Notes under the pieces: model-generated
What the model saw: only the letters and a program-made list of their open reading frames with translations
What the model was told of the DNA's origin: nothing
The model's database searches: none
In this document: positions 1 to 8,411 of the stretch, piece by piece
Layout: each line of letters starts with the position of its first letter
How positions within the stretch are numbered: position 1 is the first letter of the stretch
Assembly (NCBI GenBank): GCA_006226375.1
Contig: SBHC01000010.1
Location: 112,492 to 176,491 of the forward strand
Source: Deltaproteobacteria bacterium
Lineage (GTDB): Bacteria > Myxococcota_C > UBA6777
Reading direction: 5' to 3'
Length of the DNA stretch: 64,000 nt
Position numbers and translations under genes: made by a program

Positions 1-263
1 ACGACCGTGACATGCTCCTCAGCACATACAGCCGACTCAAGAAGGTGGTAGGTCGGATTGTCCCTGAATCGGAAGTGGAAGCTATCACATTTGAGGTGTT
101 CGCCTTGTGCCACGGTCTGGTGACCCTGGAACTTGCCAGCGTAACGAAGCTTGCGCCAGGTATTGAAGACCTTTATATCGACGCGACCTACCGCCTTGTG
201 GGTGCCAACGCCCCGCACTACGAAGAACCAGGAAGCTATCCTATCTCAGCAGCTACTTCTTGA
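1..263 (+). CDS. 3' fragment of a gene that begins upstream of the window; the C-terminal helical region resembles the ligand-binding half of a TetR-family regulator
   Basis: Open frame from the window edge to the stop at 261-263. The peptide ...EVEAITFEVFALCHGLVTLELAS... is helical and amphipathic. No start is visible inside the window. Confidence 0.3.
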   Translation, partial: DRDMLLSTYSRLKKVVGRIVPESEVEAITFEVFALCHGLVTLELASVTKLAPGIEDLYIDATYRLVGANAPHYEEPGSYPISAATS

Positions 264-1472
264 AAACTTCCGCCACCGCCATGTCACAAAGAAAAGCAGC
301 AACAAGCAGAGTTCAACGCTTGCACCACCGGGGCTTTGGCCCAAAGCACACGAGCAGCTAGAACCCGTTTGGGTATCTTGAGGTGATGAGTTATCTACCA
401 CTTGGTTGTCTGGTGCGGAGCTAGCATCCACTGTGACTTGAGGAGCCTCTTCGACAACAGGTTCTTCTTCAGCAACAGGCTCCTCCCCCACAGTAGGCTC
501 AGAGCCTTCGGCGCAGCCCACACGGATAAGGGGGGTTGGCAACCTCTCAGATGTGACCCAAAGAGACATCCCATCCGTTGCATACGCGATAGCTTCTCCC
601 TGAATGGTAGCTCCTGTTTCAATCTGTGTTGGTTTCACACCTCTGAGCGGTATCGCAGCAGCGTCCACTTGAAAGACCAAGCCGTAGGTATATCCGCGAA
701 GAACGATCTGGTCTCCCGACGGAGAGAAGTCACCTCCCGTCACCAAGTCGTTGGTAAAGTTAAGAGAGATAACTTTTTCCAACGTATGCTTACCCGGTTC
801 GGCTGTTCCAGGGAGGCGATAGGCTGTGGTTGTTCCATTGTTCTCTTTGGTAAACAGATACACATCACGAGTTTTCGGGTGAACCAACAGCGCTTCACAG
901 TCGTGTGCACCATCGGGGTATTGAAGTGTGAACACATTGGCTGGCCCGGTGACTCCCTGGTTCTTCACGTTTGCGACAGGAGGCTCAAGGACTCGATACA
1001 GCACGATTTCACTGCGCCTCCGGCCATTGTCACCAATGTCACCGATGAACAGGCACGGTTTGCCATTAGGGCAAGGGCCCGCTGCCATGTCTTCCCAGTC
1101 GATGTTGGTTGCCCCAGAGACCGTGAAATACCCCAGGTCCTTCCCCGTGCTATCAAACGCATACACACGAGGCTTTCCTCCAGAGTCATTGTGGGACCAC
1201 CAGACACCAGGATTTCGTCGAGAAGCGGCGAGACCCGAACTTTCAGTGAGATCTTTGTTCCCCACAGTAGCGACCTGTTCAGGCTTTTTGAAGACAGCAC
1301 ATGACTGCGCATGACTCTCCGCTGCCACACCCAACACCAACAAGCTCCCCAACAACAATCCACCCAAGAGACGCAGCAAACCAACCCTCCCGTACTGCCT
1401 TCGAAGATCGACGTCCTTGAGAAGGACGCTCCTGTCTTCCTGTTTCCATGTTCCATACCTATTGTGTTTCAT
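246..1472 (-). CDS. secreted beta-propeller-like protein (phytase-like/esterase-like family candidate) with a Thr/Pro/Glu-rich linker and a MYXO-CTERM-like C-terminal anchor
   Basis: ATG at 1472-1470 (MKHNRYG...), followed by a signal peptide LLGGLLLGSLLVLGVAAESHA. The C-terminus is ...GSSCSCALGQSPGGASVELCLLLLFFVTWRWRK, i.e. a Cys motif, then a TM helix, then basic residues. The upstream part of the 534-aa ORF (MGRV...) has no SP and looks like read-through. Confidence 0.55.
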   Translation of the reverse strand: MKHNRYGTWKQEDRSVLLKDVDLRRQYGRVGLLRLLGGLLLGSLLVLGVAAESHAQSCAVFKKPEQVATVGNKDLTESSGLAASRRNPGVWWSHNDSGGKPRVYAFDSTGKDLGYFTVSGATNIDWEDMAAGPCPNGKPCLFIGDIGDNGRRRSEIVLYRVLEPPVANVKNQGVTGPANVFTLQYPDGAHDCEALLVHPKTRDVYLFTKENNGTTTAYRLPGTAEPGKHTLEKVISLNFTNDLVTGGDFSPSGDQIVLRGYTYGLVFQVDAAAIPLRGVKPTQIETGATIQGEAIAYATDGMSLWVTSERLPTPLIRVGCAEGSEPTVGEEPVAEEEPVVEEAPQVTVDASSAPDNQVVDNSSPQDTQTGSSCSCALGQSPGGASVELCLLLLFFVTWRWRKFSRSSC

Positions 1473-1486
1473 CGAAATGTTCCTGT

Positions 1487-2890
1487 CTATCGTTTGGATG
1501 TTGGTCGCATGAGTCGGACCGGGCAGATTTGAAACGTCCAGGGAGTTGCGTCTAGCTGTTGGATGGATTTGTTCCAGCGGTAGTTTCGGAGGTAATACAG
1601 AATCTGACTGTCGCTCCACGACCACAAGCGTTGTGGGTTGCGATCCACGTTGGGCCGAGCGTTCCACCCTGTTCCGTTGTAAGCCAAAGCCCCGAGACCT
1701 TGAATCCCAACAGAGAGTGCAAACAACAAACCAAACGCCCACAAGCGTGCTCGCTTCTTTTTGAGATGAGACCACAGCGGACACATCGCAAACACCAACA
1801 AGAAGACCATATCGAAAGGCAAGCGGTATCCGTAGCTCCACCCTCCCCACCAGTCATACCAGAAGCTATGAAGCCCAACCACCAAAAGCGCAGCCAACGC
1901 CGACCAGCGCAGCAGCGGCACTCCACCTCTTCGCAAGGACAAAACCAACCCAAGGGCACCCAACACAAGAATCGGCGAGTACACGAAGAGTCCTCGGGAG
2001 GGACTCATCAACATGCCAGCAATCCCTGAAGGGAAATAGCTCCATTGAAAGGTTTGGGCGGCAGCAGAACCTATCTTCCACTGCGCCAACGAACGAGAAG
2101 CTTCCAACTGCCCAAAATGCAAAGGATGCCCAAACGCCGACACATTGTAAGCCAGCAGCAACACCGCCGGAACCGCAGCCCACGCAGCAAAGCGCAGGAA
2201 CGAGCCGCGATGATGCCACAACATATACCCAGTAAATGCGAGAGCGATCAAAAGATTGCTAGGACGGCACAGTGTCGCCATCCCCAAGCACAGGCCTGAG
2301 AACGAAAGCCACTTCGCGTTGCTCTGCCCTTTCACCAAGCAAAGCAACGCCGCAGCCAACCAGGGGGCAGCCGCAGAGTGCTGCCAAAGGGCCTGACTCA
2401 TCATGCTCCAGGAAGACGTCCCAAACGCCCACACAGCGGCAAGAACAAACGCTCCCCAAGAGCCGGCCCAAGGAAGAAACGCAAAGAACAGCAGCACTGC
2501 CGCTAGCGTCATCATTAACGTAGCGCTGAGTTTGCCCAACCGAACAATCCGACGAAACGAAAACACAGGGTTCCACCACGCCGCAACCGCATACAAAGGA
2601 GTGGCCATAACGCCAGGCGCGAAACCAAAGATAGAATAAAACCCACCTCCCTTTCCTCGAACAAGAAAGTAAGGTTTGCTCATTTGCCCTTTTGCGTTGA
2701 TCCGACCCAAGGGAATTTCATTAAATGTAAAGTTGCCCTCACACAGCAAACTCAGCGGCAGATACCGATGAGGCACAGTGTCACCACCAATCCCTGCGTT
2801 CCCATTCAACAGGTAGGCTGACAAACAAAGTCCCACCAACACAAAGGCAAAGCGCCAACGGTACCGATGGTTGTCCTGAACCTCTCTCAT
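1487..2890 (-). CDS. polytopic inner-membrane protein, probably a GT-C-type glycosyltransferase or DUF2079-like protein
   Basis: 468-aa ORF with at least 10 hydrophobic helices and Trp/Tyr-rich loops. ATG at 2890-2888 (MREVQDNH...); an alternative GTG lies at 2974. Same strand as, and 14 nt upstream of, the secreted protein gene. Confidence 0.45.
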   Translation of the reverse strand: MREVQDNHRYRWRFAFVLVGLCLSAYLLNGNAGIGGDTVPHRYLPLSLLCEGNFTFNEIPLGRINAKGQMSKPYFLVRGKGGGFYSIFGFAPGVMATPLYAVAAWWNPVFSFRRIVRLGKLSATLMMTLAAVLLFFAFLPWAGSWGAFVLAAVWAFGTSSWSMMSQALWQHSAAAPWLAAALLCLVKGQSNAKWLSFSGLCLGMATLCRPSNLLIALAFTGYMLWHHRGSFLRFAAWAAVPAVLLLAYNVSAFGHPLHFGQLEASRSLAQWKIGSAAAQTFQWSYFPSGIAGMLMSPSRGLFVYSPILVLGALGLVLSLRRGGVPLLRWSALAALLVVGLHSFWYDWWGGWSYGYRLPFDMVFLLVFAMCPLWSHLKKKRARLWAFGLLFALSVGIQGLGALAYNGTGWNARPNVDRNPQRLWSWSDSQILYYLRNYRWNKSIQQLDATPWTFQICPVRLMRPTSKR

Positions 2891-3597
2891 CAGCGCATCC
2901 AACTCCACAACATAACAAGAAAACTCCCGATTCTTCGTACAAAGCCAGGCAAGAATTGGCGGTGATTGTGGCACGTTGGGTAGGGAAAGTCCACCTCTTC
3001 CAAGCTTTGCACCACAAACTCAAAACCCCATCGGAGTGAGAGTGTGGCAAAAACCACACACCCACCAATCACCCAACCAAGCCCTTGCCAAAACTGTTTT
3101 TCCTCTTGGTTTTGCGAATTGAATTTTCACTCCCACCAAAGCAACTCTCAACGCGAACAAAACCAAGGTTTATCCGAACAAATCAGTACATTCTCTTTCC
3201 CATGTTCGCTCCAATCCAACTTTGCTTTGCCAGTTTGACAGACGCCCCCCTAAAACATGTTTCACTTTTTTTGAGCAGCCGAACTTGGCCATTCGAGGAA
3301 AGCAAACACCTGTTTCTTCTCAAGAAGATAGATTGATATAGCAAGCGGGTGCTGGCAGCAGTGCCTCATTTTTGGGGCAAAAACTTGACAGCCCCTATGA
3401 TTTTTTTGTCACAGGTGGTTGAATGCTTATTCAGTCGTCACTGAATCAAGTCGTTGAATTCATTCGAGTCAGAACCAACAAGTATTCCAGGCACTTCCTT
3501 TGCAAGGCGGGAAGAATGTAGACAACGAGCAACAGTGGCGCAAGAGAGCGACAAGTAGCAAGACACTTTGACTGATGGTGTATGAGGAACAAAAGCA

Positions 3598-4380
3598 ATG
3601 AAATGGACAAGGGTTTGGATGGTTGTTGGCGTGACTTTCCTGGTGGGACCGACTTGGGAGTTGCAAGCCAAACCCAACAACGAGGGCTGGGCGACCTGGA
3701 AGAAATTGTTGAGCCAGGGAACAGCGATGCTCGCGAAAAAGGAAAAGCGCCATCACTACGCAGGAATCCGCTCCTTGCTACGGGCTCACCGCCTTGCCCC
3801 ACAGCGACGCGAAACATTGGTAGAAGCCTGCCGTGCCTACATGCTTCTAGGATTGCTGAGCAAGAAGAAAGCGCAGAAAGCCAAGTGGAGTCAGCGAGGT
3901 CGCGTGCTCGCCAAAACCTTGATGAGACGTTGGCCCAAGCGTGCTGAAGGCTACTATTGGTCAGCCGTTCACATCGGAATGTACGCCAACACAACGAACC
4001 CTCTCGCCGCCTTGTTTCAGGGCGTTCCTGGGAAGATCGAAGCGTTTGGTAACAAGGCCGTCAAGCTCAACTCCAAGCTGTACAAAGGCGGGGCTCACCG
4101 TCTTCTCGGCCGCTACTACTACAAGATGCCCTGGCCCAAGAAAGATCTGAAGCGCTCCCTCCGTCACCTCCAAACATCTTATCGACTGGACCGCAGCAAT
4201 GCTTTCAGCCTCCTTTTCCTGGCCGAGACTCTCCTCGGATTGAAGCAAAAGAACAAAGCACGACGCCTGCTCCGACGCTGTTCCCGGATGCCCTTGACCA
4301 CTCCGCTGAATCACTCCGGTCGTGCGCCCCAACGTTCTGCTGTGTTGCGTTGTAGGAAAGCTCTCAGCAGGCTACGCTAA
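3598..4380 (+). CDS. hypothetical secreted basic protein (TPR-like helical)
   Basis: ATG at 3598 with a GAGGA RBS 10 nt upstream. N-terminal signal peptide MKWTRVWMVVGVTFLVGPTWELQA. Lys/Arg-rich helical body. Confidence 0.5.
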   Translation: MKWTRVWMVVGVTFLVGPTWELQAKPNNEGWATWKKLLSQGTAMLAKKEKRHHYAGIRSLLRAHRLAPQRRETLVEACRAYMLLGLLSKKKAQKAKWSQRGRVLAKTLMRRWPKRAEGYYWSAVHIGMYANTTNPLAALFQGVPGKIEAFGNKAVKLNSKLYKGGAHRLLGRYYYKMPWPKKDLKRSLRHLQTSYRLDRSNAFSLLFLAETLLGLKQKNKARRLLRRCSRMPLTTPLNHSGRAPQRSAVLRCRKALSRLR

Positions 4381-4407
4381 AGCGCCTCTCCTCACCTCCC
4401 CCTCTCC

Positions 4408-6159
4408 TCAGAAGCCTTTGGCACGCCCAACAGCCCGAGGGTCAGCCGCACCTGTCAGCCTCCCTTTCTCATCGATCCATATTAATTGGGCGTTGCCCCA
4501 GCGATGACGTTGTCGAACACGATGACCCATTCTCTTTAGTTTCCGTTGCAGTTTGTAAGAAAACCGACGTCGCTCCAGATACAATCGACGGGGACGCCAC
4601 TGGTGGTGAACGCGAGGAGAGTGCATGGCCTGTCGTGCCGTCAGCTTGTGGTCGATCAGATGAAGCAGCAACTGGGTGACAGTGGTGATAATCGTGGGCC
4701 CACCGGCGCTTCCCAGCACACCTCGCAAGCGCCCGTTGCGGAACACCAACGTCGGAGACATCGCCGAAAGGGGCGTCTTTCCCGGCTGGATGATGTTGGC
4801 GTTGCTCTGGATCAAACCATAAGCGTTGGGCTTGCCGGGAAAGGTTGTGAAGTCGTCCATCTCATTGTTGAGGAGAACTCCCGTCCCTTTGGCAATCACT
4901 CCACAGCCAAACCAACGATTGATGGTAAGCGTCATCGCGACAGCGTTTCCCCACCGATCCACCACAGACAAATGGGAGGTGTGCTTTTTGTTAAAGTCCA
5001 AGGCGGGTCCCGCCTTCACGGAACCGTAAGGCATCGCACGACGGTCGGATATCTGACGCCGCAAACGCGCTGCGTAGCGTGCAGAAAGAAGCCCACGGTT
5101 GGGCACAGAGACAAACGACGCGTCTCCCTGAAACCGGGCTCGGTCAGCAAACGCCAAGCGCATCGCCTCTGTGTACAGATGCAAAAACTTCCAGGAGCGT
5201 GGCCCGGTCTGGGGCAACGGAAAGCCTGACAAGATGTTGAGCATTTGGATCAGATGCACACCGCCCGAAGAGGGAGAACCCATCGAGGCCAGAGAAAAGC
5301 CACGATACGTCCCACGCACCGGGGCTTTCCAGAAGGCCCGGTAGCGTTTGAGATCCGAGAGAGAAACAAGCCCTTTGCCCTGCTTCATCGACGCAACGAT
5401 TCGCTTGGCAACCTCACCCTGGTAAAAGTCTTTGGCTCCATAACGCTGAAGTCGCTTTAAAGTCCAGGCCAGATCAGGCTGACGAAGACGCTGCCCCCGT
5501 CGAAGCCTTCGGCCCTTGGGGAAAAAGACAGCGCGTGTGTCTGCAAACTTGCGCAGCTTTCGGCGAGACGCTCGCAACGCAAAGGCCAACAACCCATACA
5601 CACGAAAACCTTGGGTCGCCCACTTTCGGGCAGGCTCCAACAACGTTGCCCAGGGCTTTGAACCAAAGCGTCGATGCGCAACATCCAGCCCCGCGACAAA
5701 GCCCGGAGTCCCTGCCCCCAAAAGGCCATCACGAGAGAGCTTTCGGCCACGTCGTCCCAGCCGAGAGAACATTGTAGGCGTCGCCTTGTAGGGGGCTCGT
5801 TCACGGAAGTCGAGAGACACCAGGGATTTGCGCTTGGCATCGTAGTACAGAAGGAACCCCCCTCCGCCCAAACCGGAGCTATACGGTTCGACAACACCAA
5901 GAGCAAACGCTGCAGCAACCGCTGCATCCATCGCGTTGCCTCCTCGCCGAAGGACCTGCAACGCCGCTTGTGTCGCGCGCCAGTTTGCCGTCACAACCAT
6001 CTGCTGCACGCGTCCATGAAACAAGCGAACACGAGAAGACTTGGTCCTTCGTGCAGAGTTGGGGGCAGCGACAGCGTCGAAAGAGCCACTGCACAACAAC
6101 AAGAACATCAACAACGTGAACAGACGGTCCAACGCACACAACGATCGGTCAAAGGTCAT
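4408..6159 (-). CDS. ggt: gamma-glutamyltranspeptidase
   Basis: Canonical GGT motifs: VVTANWRATQAALQVLRRGGNAMDAAVAAAFALGVVEPYSSGLGGGGFLLYY, the catalytic Thr in TSHLSVVDRWGNAVAMTLTIN, and GSAGGPTIITTV. The Met at 6159 has a GAAGGAA RBS and is followed by a signal peptide. Confidence 0.85.
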   Translation of the reverse strand: MTFDRSLCALDRLFTLLMFLLLCSGSFDAVAAPNSARRTKSSRVRLFHGRVQQMVVTANWRATQAALQVLRRGGNAMDAAVAAAFALGVVEPYSSGLGGGGFLLYYDAKRKSLVSLDFRERAPYKATPTMFSRLGRRGRKLSRDGLLGAGTPGFVAGLDVAHRRFGSKPWATLLEPARKWATQGFRVYGLLAFALRASRRKLRKFADTRAVFFPKGRRLRRGQRLRQPDLAWTLKRLQRYGAKDFYQGEVAKRIVASMKQGKGLVSLSDLKRYRAFWKAPVRGTYRGFSLASMGSPSSGGVHLIQMLNILSGFPLPQTGPRSWKFLHLYTEAMRLAFADRARFQGDASFVSVPNRGLLSARYAARLRRQISDRRAMPYGSVKAGPALDFNKKHTSHLSVVDRWGNAVAMTLTINRWFGCGVIAKGTGVLLNNEMDDFTTFPGKPNAYGLIQSNANIIQPGKTPLSAMSPTLVFRNGRLRGVLGSAGGPTIITTVTQLLLHLIDHKLTARQAMHSPRVHHQWRPRRLYLERRRFSYKLQRKLKRMGHRVRQRHRWGNAQLIWIDEKGRLTGAADPRAVGRAKGF

Positions 6160-6344
6160 GGAATGTTCCTTCTCTAGTAGAACATTCACGCTAGCGAATT
6201 CCACCGGGTTTGTCGATCGTCTTGTGGACGCCCGTTTTCCAAAGGGTGTTGACGCAAACCGATTGGGGTGCAACATACGTACACCCACCGAATGTTCTTT
6301 TTCCGTACCCTAAATTCTATGCGTCACTGTGGATGGAGAGTGTT

Positions 6345-6956
6345 ATGAACCACAAACCCACCCAAGCTTCCTTGTCTCTCTTTGTCGGCGCCTGCGCGCT
6401 GCTTCTTCCTGCCTTGGCGCTCGCCCATGCTGGCCACAGCACCAGCGACTCCATGGGAGGCTTCATCAGTGGATTCACACACCCCATTTTTGGCTGGGAC
6501 CATCTTCTCGCCATGCTCGCCGTGGGAATTTGGGGCGCGCAGATGGGAGGCAACTCGGTGTGGTCACTCCCCATCGCCTTTCCGATGGTGATGGCTGGAG
6601 GTGGCGCGTTGGGAGCGATGAAAGTCCCGCTGCCAGGGGTAGAATGGTTGATCGCTCTCTCAATGGTAGGCCTTGGACTCGCGGTGATGATCTCCTGGAA
6701 ACCACAGGAGTGGATGGCTCTTGTTGCGGTCTCAGGGTTCGCTGTCTTCCATGGATACGCTCACGGCGCAGAGCTTCCTTCTTCCGCGGATCCAGTCTCG
6801 TACGGAATGGGATTTGTATCGTCCACAGGGCTCATCCACCTGGTTGGTATCGTGATCGGCCTCGCAGCCAGCAAGCTTCACCCACGTGTGGTACAAGGGA
6901 CAGGCTTTTTGATCGGCGCTGCCGGATGTTACGGATGTTACGCATTGCTTGGATAG
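6345..6956 (+). CDS. hupE: HupE/UreJ family Ni/Co transporter accessory membrane protein
   Basis: Signal peptide then HAGHS...GFISGFTHPIFGWDHLLAMLAVGIWG. Six TM helices, His-rich motifs and a C-terminal GCYGCY. ATG at 6345 with a GGAGAG RBS. Confidence 0.7.
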   Translation: MNHKPTQASLSLFVGACALLLPALALAHAGHSTSDSMGGFISGFTHPIFGWDHLLAMLAVGIWGAQMGGNSVWSLPIAFPMVMAGGGALGAMKVPLPGVEWLIALSMVGLGLAVMISWKPQEWMALVAVSGFAVFHGYAHGAELPSSADPVSYGMGFVSSTGLIHLVGIVIGLAASKLHPRVVQGTGFLIGAAGCYGCYALLG

Positions 6957-6962
6957 AGACTT

Positions 6963-7625
6963 ATGTTGAGTTCGTTTTCCCCGTTTTGGTTTGCTCACAC
7001 CCCCACACCTGGACTGGGTGACTTTTGGAACGGAGTCCTACACCCCTTTGTCGACCTGCAACAGCTGTTTACGGTGTTGGCTCTTGGTGTCGCGATGGCA
7101 CGCGAAGAACGAGCAGAAGCCCGCCTTGCTTCGTATGTTACAGGGGGCTGCCTCCTTGCGATGTTGGCGTTGCATCTGCTGGTACAGCCCAAGCTCCCCT
7201 CCCCCTCTGGGTTATCGCTTCTGTTCGCCGGGCTGCTTCTGGTTCGCCCTCCCCACTCACTGCAGCGCTTTGTTCCCTTTCTGGTTGTACCGGCGGCCAT
7301 CGCCTTGGGTCACAGCATAGGACCGGATCTTCCGAGCAAAGCCAACGGTCCTATCTTTGCCTTGGGCTTCAGCCTTGGCAGCCTGACTCTGTTAAATTAT
7401 GTGATGCTGGGTTGGAGCAAGGTGCAACGTTCCTGGCTTGTCCTCGCGTCGCGAATTGGCGGAAGCTGGCTGGTAGCCATAGGTTTGATGCTCACAGCTG
7501 GATCTCTTGCAGGAACATTCCCCAAAAAGCCTGCTGCACCCACACCCCGCAAAGCCTCTCCTTCCAAAGAAACGACCCGTCGTGCACCACCAACAACGCC
7601 CCGAAAGAAGCCGTCACTTCGATAG
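6963..7625 (+). CDS. HupE/UreJ-like membrane protein, a divergent tandem paralog, with a basic Pro/Thr-rich C-terminal tail
   Basis: Starts 7 nt after the hupE stop. FAHTP...DLQQLFTVLALGVA plus several TM helices. Tail is PKKPAAPTPRKASPSKETTRRAPPTTPRKKPSLR. Confidence 0.45.
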   Translation: MLSSFSPFWFAHTPTPGLGDFWNGVLHPFVDLQQLFTVLALGVAMAREERAEARLASYVTGGCLLAMLALHLLVQPKLPSPSGLSLLFAGLLLVRPPHSLQRFVPFLVVPAAIALGHSIGPDLPSKANGPIFALGFSLGSLTLLNYVMLGWSKVQRSWLVLASRIGGSWLVAIGLMLTAGSLAGTFPKKPAAPTPRKASPSKETTRRAPPTTPRKKPSLR

Positions 7626-8411
7626 CTGCGCCCCCAAACGAAGCTGGTGAAGGAACAATGTCAGGAAGGTCTGCAAGCGTTTGGGGTTGTCTTGCCTGAG
7701 TTCAGCAGCCATTCGGATGCTAATCAGATATCGCACGGAGTTCCCTCGCGACATCACCAGAAACTCTTCCCAATATTCACGACCGCCGTACACAAATGGA
7801 AACGCCGCCCAGACGGCTGCGTTGGCGTGCAAAAACTTGCTGCGTTTCGGGCTCAGGATGCGGCGTTGTGCGTCGCGTAACTCACCGCCTCGACGTTGCA
7901 TGTAAGTCTCGGCATAACGCAGCAACCATGAGCTGCTGAGAGCCCCTTCCGGTGTGCCGTCAGGTAGAGGGTCTCGCCGCAAATACAGGGCAACGCCCAA
8001 AGATTCAAGCAACAGCCTCACCTCAAAGGAGAGCGGGTCATCGTAGGGTCGAAACTGGAGTTCTTGCATCTTTGTGCCGCCCGGCACGCAAAACCCCAAC
8101 CCCACATGACGGTCGCGGAACACACGACACGCCTTTTGGTCTGTTCCACACAGGCCGCCAACCATCTGGGTCGCTGGAGCATCTTTGCCGAGACGACATG
8201 AGCCCGGCTCATCCACCACAAAGCGTGGACCTGTCAACGACTTCTGGGTCGTAGAGCGATTTTGACATGCTCCTAAGGCAAGTCCCCACACACTCAGCGC
8301 CAAACACATCAACCCCAGCCGCAATCTCCGAGGCCAGGGGATCAACGCAGAAAGGAAAGCCGACACAGCAGCCGACGGATGTTCGAAGAGGTACATCGCG
8401 CAGAATCTCAT
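7614..8411 (-). CDS. hypothetical lipoprotein, translationally coupled to the upstream OMP gene
   Basis: ATG at 8411-8409 overlaps the TGA of the upstream gene (8410-8408) in an ATGA arrangement. Lipobox-like LALGAC. No recognisable family. Confidence 0.5.
   Translation of the reverse strand: MRFCAMYLFEHPSAAVSAFLSALIPWPRRLRLGLMCLALSVWGLALGACQNRSTTQKSLTGPRFVVDEPGSCRLGKDAPATQMVGGLCGTDQKACRVFRDRHVGLGFCVPGGTKMQELQFRPYDDPLSFEVRLLLESLGVALYLRRDPLPDGTPEGALSSSWLLRYAETYMQRRGGELRDAQRRILSPKRSKFLHANAAVWAAFPFVYGGREYWEEFLVMSRGNSVRYLISIRMAAELRQDNPKRLQTFLTLFLHQLRLGAQLSK

Noticed and set aside
402-1304. 300-aa plus-strand ORF overlapping the secreted protein gene
   Set aside because: Arg/Ser/Cys-rich antisense composition and no RBS. 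The minus-strand protein has a signal peptide and a sorting tail.
6329-7021. 230-aa ORF in an alternative frame over hupE
   Set aside because: Overlaps a well-supported membrane protein gene and has an Arg/Trp/Cys-rich shadow composition.
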